A stretch of DNA of 64,000 nt from Octopus vulgaris. Lineage: Eukaryota. Under the pieces are notes generated by a model. It did not search any database. It worked only from the letters and a program-made list of their open reading frames with translations, and was not told the origin of the DNA. A program made the position numbers and the translations under genes. Numbering within the stretch: position 1 is the stretch's first letter; every line of letters begins with the position of its first letter. Location of the stretch: NCBI GenBank assembly GCA_951406725.2, contig OX597818.1:67642001-67706000 (forward strand), in the 5' to 3' direction. This document shows positions 55,929-64,000 of this stretch, one piece after another.

Positions 55929-56001
55929 TAATATTTATGTAACACCCACATTCCTTAGATTTGTTAACCCTTATGTATATACGTATGTATATATATGTGT
56001 G

Positions 56002-56072
<71 letters not shown>

Positions 56073-57101
56073 CGATCAACAATAGTTGTGACAAGTTAAA
56101 TATTTTCTTGAGAAGTCTTAATAAGACGTCAGGATGTTTTTGTGAGTTATCAGTAAAGAGTGGATGCTTTTTAATACAGAATCTTCTGTATCTTCCATAT
56201 AGTTAACCAAATAAAATTGCATCTTTTGCCTTTATTTGCGTTCAGATAAAAAGCATCTTACGAGGTTGTTTTATTTACTCTTTGCTTAGACATTTTTTTT
56301 TAAATCTCTCTTTTTCATTATAATACTGCGATTAAAACTTCCCATATATTTCTATTTAGCATGTTCTGCCCACATCGGGGCATTTCCCCCTCAGTCTTAT
56401 TGAATACTTAGGAATACATTTACATTTATACTTTATTTTGAGTTAGTTCTGTTTCCGTTCGCCTCAGTTACTTTATATCTAATTATGCTCGAAACTAAAC
56501 GCCATTTTGATACAATAAATTCTGGTCCGAAATTCATCCGTGAATAACGTAAATAGCCAAGAATATGATAGAATATTTTCACAAGAGATAGAATTGATTT
56601 AAGAATTCCGTTAAGTGATGTATTGCAGATAGAGATGAAAGATATATTAAATATTTTAAACTTAATATCAATAGCGTATCTCCGAAATATTTAATATTTA
56701 GAGTCTGTCATAGACAGTTGGAAGCCTACCAAAGATGCTATCGGATCCGTGAATTTCCTAGGATCTCAAGAAATGTTTGCATAGAATTTAAAAGTTGACA
56801 TTTACAGTCGGTCTTTATAACTTTTGAGCAAAATCTTTTGAGAAACCGTTTTAATACCCAAATGGTTCGCTTTTACTTTTCTCACACTAATTCCAGATAA
56901 GTATCTTCTAAGAGTTGCCATACACAACACTTTGTAAGCTGCTGGCCTTCCTACTGCTGCCGCAAAATGCAACTGGTTTTGCAGGCTATAGTGGCCATCT
57001 TGTATTGTTCCTATTCTTGTCTTTTATTTCCAGATCGAATCTAAATAAGACGATGCATGAGTAAAGGACATTCTGGCAGTGATCATCGCTTCTACTTAAC
57101 T

Positions 57102-57518
57102 TATTTCTTTACTACCCACAAGGGGCTAAACACAGAGGGGATTAACAAGGACAGACAAACGGATTAAGCCGATTACATCGACCCCAGTGCGTAACTGGTA
57201 CTTTATATATCGACCCCGAAGGGATGAAAGGCAAAGTCAACCTCGGAGGAATTTGAACTCAGAACGTAACGGCAGACGAAATACCTATTTCTTTACTACC
57301 CACAAGGGGCTAAACACAGAGTGAACAAACAAGGACAGACACACGGATTAAGTCGATTACATCGATCCCAGTGCGAAACTGGTACTTAATTTATCGACCC
57401 CGAAAAGATGAAAGGCAAAGTCGACCTCGGCGAAATTTGAACTCAGAACGCAGCCGCAGACGAAATACCGCTAAGCATTTCGGCCGGCGTGCTAACCTTT
57501 CTGCCAGCTCCTCGCCGC
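57102..57518 (-). mobile_element. Abundant tRNA-derived SINE, head-to-tail dimer
   Basis: Full unit at 57285-57518 and a headless unit at 57102-57284 starting at GTATTTC; both end GGGTAGTAAAGAAATA. Confidence 0.9.
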
Positions 57519-58346
57519 TTTAACTATCCCTTCTGATTAACCATCATTAAGACCCCACCCTTCGAAATATCATTTATTTTTAAAGGGCGTGACTTTTAAA
57601 GTGTGACTTGTAGGAGACGTTACTGCTATTGCTAGCATGAATAGCAAACACACGTAGACCCACTCCAGATAGGGCCAACCCAGCTCTGTGCTCGTTCCAC
57701 TTGTTACTGGTACCAGTATAAAGATTTTGCATAGTTTACCTTTAAATATCTGTCCACTGCTTTGACTGTGTTAGCGCCGTTGTTTACCAACGCAGTGTAG
57801 AGCATATCTACGTGATGCAATATTTTCCACCTGATCATGTTATAATATATAATCATATGAGATCGTATGAGATCGCCTTTTATCAATTTTCATATAGCTT
57901 TTAGAGAATAAACACTGATTTGTACTGCGATCTAACGGACTTCAATCTCAGCTTTTAAACATGGAGGTTTTGAAGCTAGTTTTGTGATTCATGATGTTCT
58001 GTTGTTATTTTTCCTACTCTGGCACAGTATTAATCATCAAAGGGTTTTTCCTTGCTTTCTGCCTTGCATAATTTTCTGAAATACACTGTTTCATATTTTC
58101 CGTTCCTTTTTATTCTGCCTTTTAAAAGATTAGCTTTGTACTCTTTTTCGTTCTATGCTTCAGTCGATGGGTTACATTCTTTAGTCTTGTTATTGTTGTT
58201 ATGGATACAGGAAGAGCGAATCTTTAATAAGTGTGATTCGCGCAACACGTTGTTCTTCGTTCGATCCCACCGCCTGGTACCTTTAGCAAGTGTCATTTTA
58301 CCATAGTTTCATAACACTGTAAGCTTTGATAATGTAATGGAACAAA

Positions 58347-58565
58347 GGCGGCGAGCTGGCAGAAATGTTAGCCCACCGGGCGAGATACTTAGCGGTATTA
58401 CGTTCTGAGTTCAAATTCCCCCGAGGTCGACTTTGCCTTTCATCCTTTCGGGGTCGATTAAATAAGTACCAGTTACGCACTGGGGTCGATTTAATCGACT
58501 TAATCCGTTTGTCTGTCCTTGTTTGTCCTGTCTGTGTTTAGCCCCTTGTGGGGAGTAAAGAAATA
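58347..58565 (+). mobile_element. Abundant tRNA-derived SINE, monomer with a 17-bp TSD
   Basis: GGCGGCGAGCTGGCAGAAATGTTAGC...GAGTTCAAATTCC...GTAAAGAAATA; TSD GATAATGTAA(T/A)GGAACA at 58328-58344 and 58566-58582. Confidence 0.92.
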
Positions 58566-59796
58566 GATAATGTAAAGGAACAGGTTGAAAATACTTGGGA
58601 GGCGGTCCATAGAAATGACCCAGGGATTCAAAAGTTCAGCTTTGTCGAATGCGACATAACACTGACTCTCTTTCAGAATAGATTAAGTTTTCTCATGTCT
58701 ACGGGATACTCAGTCACCCCACACCATATTTCACCGCATAGGTAAATCAGTTGAGCGAAGACCCCAATACACGTCTACGAAATTGTCGGAGAGTCTGTCT
58801 TCAACGTCGTGCTCCTATTCGTCGTCCTCGTCGTCGTCATCTTTATCATCTCCATCATCATCGTCGTCGTCGCCTTCCTCATCATTATGAAGTTATTGTT
58901 GTTGTTAGTAGAGGAACCACTAGAATCTTGTTAGCAGTACATTTGGTCATCTCCGAAACCATGAATGGCAAAGCCCACTTAGGCGGGATTAGAACCGAAA
59001 CGGCACAGAGTCGGATTGAATATTGAATGATGTTTCATCCAACACTTTATCGAGTCTGCCAGTTTGCCGCATGTGTACCAATGCCAGCTACACTAATGTC
59101 GAATAGTTTCAGTTATACATGCGTATATGTATGTATTTATGTATTTATATATGTAGTTACGTATGTATATATGTTTGTATGTATGTGTTCCTTTTTATGT
59201 ACGTGTATTTATTTCCATAGCACTAGCGTCACGAAATCGTCCGTTAATATATTTTGGGTTCAACGTGTTTTTCTTACCCCAGGGGAGGTGCCATTGTCTT
59301 TCTCTGAATACTCCCGAATATTCCCACCAGTAATATATTGTGTCACTTGAATCTAATTTACTCTCTTCCACTATCCCCCACCCCCACCCCGTTCTATGAA
59401 CCTACTCAAGTTTTAAATGAAAAGAAATTATTATACATAATATTAATCACAATAATGACTATTATTAGCGGAACGTTCCGTGATGAACTGAAAGGAAGAT
59501 AACAATAACAGATTAAATTGACAAAACAATGGGAAATAATTGGTGAATACGAAGCAATACGGAGTAATACGGAATAATACGAAGTAAATTACTTGCAAAG
59601 TTACATAATTTACTTTTAAGCATCAAACTAGACGAGAAAGTTTGCAGAGTGTCAGAGTGTTGTCGCTGGTTTGCTTCAAGCTATCCATTGATAGTGATTG
59701 GAACGTGTTCAGAGATGAGACAATTGAGAAGACAATTGAAAAGTTGCGAAACAACCTAAGAACAAAAGGCGTGAAATATATGTTTGTTTGTGTGTG

Positions 59797-59846
<50 letters not shown>

Positions 59847-59853
59847 CACACAT

Positions 59854-59924
<71 letters not shown>

Positions 59925-59993
59925 ATATATATATATATATATATATAGGTATGTATCAATGTAGAGTTGTGTATAACTATTCACTTTTGTGCA

Positions 59994-60055
<62 letters not shown>

Positions 60056-61123
60056 CGTGTGTGTGTGTGTGTGTGTGTTTGCGCAAGCAGAGAAAGAGAA
60101 GTGTAGAGAGAGAAATGGTGACACTAACTGTGAGAGGCCGATATCATCTTGTTCATTAAGATATAAATATACGGGTGCCATGTTTTCTCAACCTGCAACT
60201 ATACTAAAATGAATCACAAGGACTTAATTGTTAACTTGGTTCGTGCATTACGTTTAAATCCGGCAACCGTGAGTAATTTTTGTTCTTTTTTTTTCAATCC
60301 ATCGAAATATAATGTTCACGGTGATACACCATACTAAAAAAATATCAACTAAACTTCCAGAAAATCCCACTCTAATTTTCTTAAAACAGAATGGTATTTT
60401 CGATGGATGTTTACGTAGATATTCTATGCTTGAACTGTGATTGAAATGTGACGTATGGGACGTGTATTGTGATATGTATTTGTCTGTCTCGGTTGATGTA
60501 AGGTTAAACAATATCAAACACAATTTTCAGAACGATAAATTCATAGCGTTTGTGGGGTAAGAAAAATACTTTTTATATTTATCATATGCAAGAATCAGTC
60601 AGTATCTCGGAAATATAAATGCATTAAATATATGAGAGTGAAAATAGGCAAGTATTTAAGTTAAAATCAACAATTTCAGCTTGACTAGTTTAGGTATTTG
60701 GTATATAAATATCACGAATTTTGTCCTATACCAAGGTTTCCGAAATAAGAGTACCACCTTCTATCGAATGAGGAATGGTCCTTCGGTAGTTGTCTCAAAG
60801 AAATGAAGTATATGCATTATGAAAACTACTTCTTTTTTACATTACATATTCCCTTATTCCGTCATTTGTTTCAGTCAACTACAACTTGACTGCGGCCATA
60901 CTGGAGCAAAACATGTAATGTAAATTTATGAACATTTATGTATATTTAATGTTCTTTTTTTAGCTTCACGATTATGATTGGAATCACTGTCTAGAAATGT
61001 TTCACAACATTGATCATCTTATATTTGCATTTGATTCTCTAACTGAAAAGTTCATTGTTCAAATTCTGTCTTTCATTTACAGTACTCTATAAATTTTAAA
61101 ATAATCTTTCTTATTTGAAACTA

Positions 61124-61337
61124 CAGTAATCGCTTGACTATCGCGGGTGTTACGTTCCAAACCCTCTGCGTTCAGGTGGAAATCCGCGAAGTAGAAACTG
61201 TACTGTATATTTTTTATTATATTTAAATTTTATATATATTTATTTTATTATAAATGCAAAACAATACCATGGAGGAATCGACGTAAGCTTAAATATTAAC
61301 CTACAACAGGTGAACCGCGATATCCGAGGGATTACTA
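61124..61337. mobile_element. pogo/Tigger-like MITE
   Basis: TA|CAGTAATCGCTTGACTATCGCGG ... CCGCGATATCCGAGGGATTACTA|TA: ~23-bp imperfect TIRs starting CAGT, TA flanks, AT-rich core. Confidence 0.8.
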
Positions 61338-61385
61338 TAGACTTGTTCATCTTCAAATGGGATACAAGCAGCTTATTAGTGGTGC

Positions 61386-61503
61386 ATTGCCTTTCATCTT
61401 TTCGGGGTCGATAAATTAAGTACCAGTGAAATTCTGTGGTCAATGTAATCGACTAGTCCCCTCCTGCGAAACCTCAGGCCTTGTGCCTATAACAGAAAGG
61501 ATT
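61386..61503 (+). mobile_element. SINE fragment (core plus older-type tail)
   Basis: TTGCCTTTCATCTTTTCGGGGTCGATAAATTAAGTACCAG...GGCCTTGTGCCTATAACAGAAAGGATT. Confidence 0.75.
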
Positions 61504-62456
61504 ACATAAGATTTTGGGACATACAAATGGATAGGAGCGACTGTTTTAGTAGAAGAGGAATATTCTTAGTGCTACTTGAAACAAATGTCAATGGGATGAT
61601 GTTTTCAGTTTGAGCCACTCTTGGTTTTGTTTGCTGCAACGGTCAGTGTTCGCTACTATTAACGAGACATAGACACAGTTCCTGATGTTGTTTATCTGGT
61701 TATTGCTTTTAATTTCGACCAAGCTGTGATTAGTGTTCCAAATGAATGGATCCACGGTACAACTATTGACAACAGATTTGAACTAGGAAGCCTTTACTTT
61801 AACATTGGCCAATCCGTTTTTACTAAGTACCGGAGAATTGATTTACTGTTTACTTTGTATCAATAATATTTATGAAAATTGTATTCCAGTTGTAGAATAG
61901 TGTTTAATGAATTCTTATTTGTTTTTTGTAGCAAGAGTTACAATAATAAAAGTCAAATTATATATATATCTTTATTTCAATTTTAATTTATCTCGTCGGT
62001 GTTATATTAAATTTTAATTCTTGATGGTAATCTTATTTTTTTAATTAATTTGTTTCTTCTTAACTGAAAATAATTCTTCATTTTTAAATCTGGAGGTTTA
62101 TCAAACAAGGTTGCGAGTGAGAGAGAGAAAGAGAGAGAGCGCGAGAGAGGGAGGGCGAGAGTGAAAGAAAGACAGAGAAAGAAGGAGAGAGAGAGAGAGA
62201 GAAAGAGATTGAAAGAAAGTAAGATAGCAAAAGATGCTACGAAGAAAGAAAATAAAATGTGATCTGAAACATGATCTCTGTAAACTCTTCTGAAGAAATC
62301 AATAAAGATTAAAAATTGGTGATGTAATTTCAAATTTATTACATTTATTACGACACAATAATTACGACTGTCATAGAGCATGATTCTTCTAACGGATCAG
62401 CATCATCATCATCAACATCATCATCGTCATCGTCATCGTCGTCGTTGTTGTTGTTG

Positions 62457-62503
<47 letters not shown>

Positions 62504-62527
62504 GATGTGGAGATCTAGTAGAAATGA

Positions 62528-62876
62528 TAGCACGCCTGGCGAAATGCTTAGAGGTATTCCGGCTGTCTCTACGTTCTAAGTTCAAATATCACCAGGATTG
62601 ATTTTGTCCTTCATCCTTTCGGGCTCGTTAAATTAATTACCTGTTATGCACTGGGGTCGATGTAATCGACTAGTCCTCTCCCCTCCAAAATGTCAATTTC
62701 GTCTGTCGTTACGTTCTGAGTTCAAATTCCGCCGAGGTCGGCTTTGCCTTTCATCCTTTCGGGGTCGATAAATAAAGTACCAGTTTCGCACTGGGGTGGA
62801 TGTAATCGACTTAATCCGTTTGTCTGTCCTTGTTTGTCCCCTCTATGTTTAGCCCCTTGTGGGTAGTAAAGAAATA
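62528..62876 (+). mobile_element. Abundant tRNA-derived SINE dimer (older unit followed by a younger headless unit)
   Basis: The second unit starts ATTTCGTCTGTCGTTACG at 62696 and ends GTAAAGAAATA. Confidence 0.85.
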
Positions 62877-62930
62877 TATATTATTATTATTGTTGTTGTT
62901 GTTGTTGTTGTTATTATCATTATCATTATT

Positions 62931-63377
62931 GAGTGAGAGAGCAGTTCAGGCCATAATGTGACACTAGGATACAAATATACAAAACACAATATACACAACA
63001 GGACTTGCCTGTCCGATAAGGATACACCAGGCACATACATCACAACCATATGTGCACGACACAGTGATATGATATCGAGATAAACAGTTCATGACCCTGC
63101 TGGTGGGGCCCAGTTAGAATTTTCAGGTCGGGTAGCCATCCCGCTCAAAAGGTCCCTAAATAATGGTTGTTTAAGGATGGTGAAACAGCCATGTTTACAA
63201 AGGTGAATTATCCAAACCCTACATAATCCCTTTCAACACATGGCTATGATGCTACCCCCGTACTTCTGCTCCTGATTAGAGATGCACATACCATTAGCCA
63301 CTAAGGGACATGCTCAAATGGTTATGATCGAACGATTGACAAATAATTCTGTGGTATTGAGTAGAATATTTGCTGTA
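62931..63377 (-). mobile_element. Copy of the ~560-bp (AAT)n-associated repeat
   Basis: Reverse complement of ~52450-52905; the 3' end runs into (AAT/AAC)n. Confidence 0.75.
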
Positions 63378-63384
63378 GAACCGA

Positions 63385-63742
63385 TCTGGCAGAATCGTTA
63401 ACATGCCGGGCAGAATGTTTATAGGGGTATTTCGTCAGTTTTCTGAGTTCAAATTTCTCCTACGTTGACTGTGCCTTTCTTGCTTTGAGGTTCGACGAAA
63501 TAAGTATGGCAACGTGCTTCAAGTAGAAAGAATTGTATAAGGCAGGGACTAACAGAATCAGTACCATGCTGGAGCTGCATTTTATCCATCTTTACTTCAA
63601 ACGCCGCCATGGTGGAATTGGTTGTTGATCCTTTCAGGGTGGACAAAGTAAGCCCTATTTGAGCACTGGGTTAAATGCTCTTGACCAGATCTCTTCCCTG
63701 AAATGTCAGGCCTTGGCCTTGTACTTATAACAGAAGGAATAA
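63385..63742 (+). mobile_element. Fragmented SINE copies
   Basis: CTGGCAGAATCGTTAACATGCCGGGC...TTCTGAGTTCAAATT head and AAATGTCAGGCCTTGGCCTTGTACTTATAACAGAAGGAAT tail. Confidence 0.6.
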
Positions 63743-64000
63743 TTATTGCTTTCCGTATACAATATGAATTATGGTTTGCTATCATTTCTGCCTAACTTTA
63801 AAGAGAAGTGTAACACACGAGAAATATTCAAGGCATGACTCAGCATCATGTGTTACCATAGGTTGTCCGTTAAACCTGCTATAAAACGGTAATAATAATA
63901 TTAAAGTGACAATTTTAATCCTCTTCTTATGCAACCTTCGTTACATCCACGCAGGCTATATATTTATATATTTTTTAAAATAAGTATATTACAAAACTGA

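Noticed and set aside
56170-57890. Protein-primed DNA polymerase B (Polinton) relic suggested by minus-strand KSLY, IYGKF and DTEDS words
   Set aside because: The motifs are very short, need frameshifts, and the intervening sequence shows no support; compatible with chance in AT-rich DNA.
59546-59590. Four copies of a 10-bp AATACG(G/A)AG(T/C) repeat considered as CRISPR-like or regulatory
   Set aside because: Contiguous tandem repeat without spacers in eukaryotic DNA; a simple minisatellite.
59621-59775. Possible host exon (TTTTAAG acceptor, open frame ...[25 protein letters not shown])
   Set aside because: Weak donor, no recognisable domain and no partner exons.

Overview
AT-rich eukaryotic DNA saturated with microsatellites ((TA)n, (AAT)n, (CA)n, (GA)n, (TATC)n, (CTT)n). 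From memory of the repeat families it is most likely an Octopus (coleoid cephalopod) intergenic or intronic region; this was not verified by search. No host protein-coding exon can be supported, and almost all listed ORFs are translated microsatellites. The window is a mosaic of mobile elements: several tRNA-derived SINE families, decayed mariner and pogo/Tigger DNA elements, Helitron derivatives, relics of Penelope-like element (PLE) reverse transcriptase and GIY-YIG endonuclease, and a young 5'-truncated R4/Dong-like non-LTR element. Two architectures stand out. (1) Three copies of a short retroposon built as tRNA-like Pol III head + (AAT)n + minimal type I hammerhead ribozyme + fixed tail. 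Each has a 10-14 bp target-site duplication (TSD) and a Penelope-style inverted 5' arm, and one copy has been hit by the Dong-like element inside its own (AAT)n tract. (2) A ~2.3 kb element with 109-bp direct terminal repeats, an inverted 5' piece and a candidate 5' intron, which encodes only a gag/ORF1-like CCHC protein and no RT. Several other hammerhead-like remnants and long fold-back hairpins are present. Coordinates were counted by eye and may be off by a few bases.
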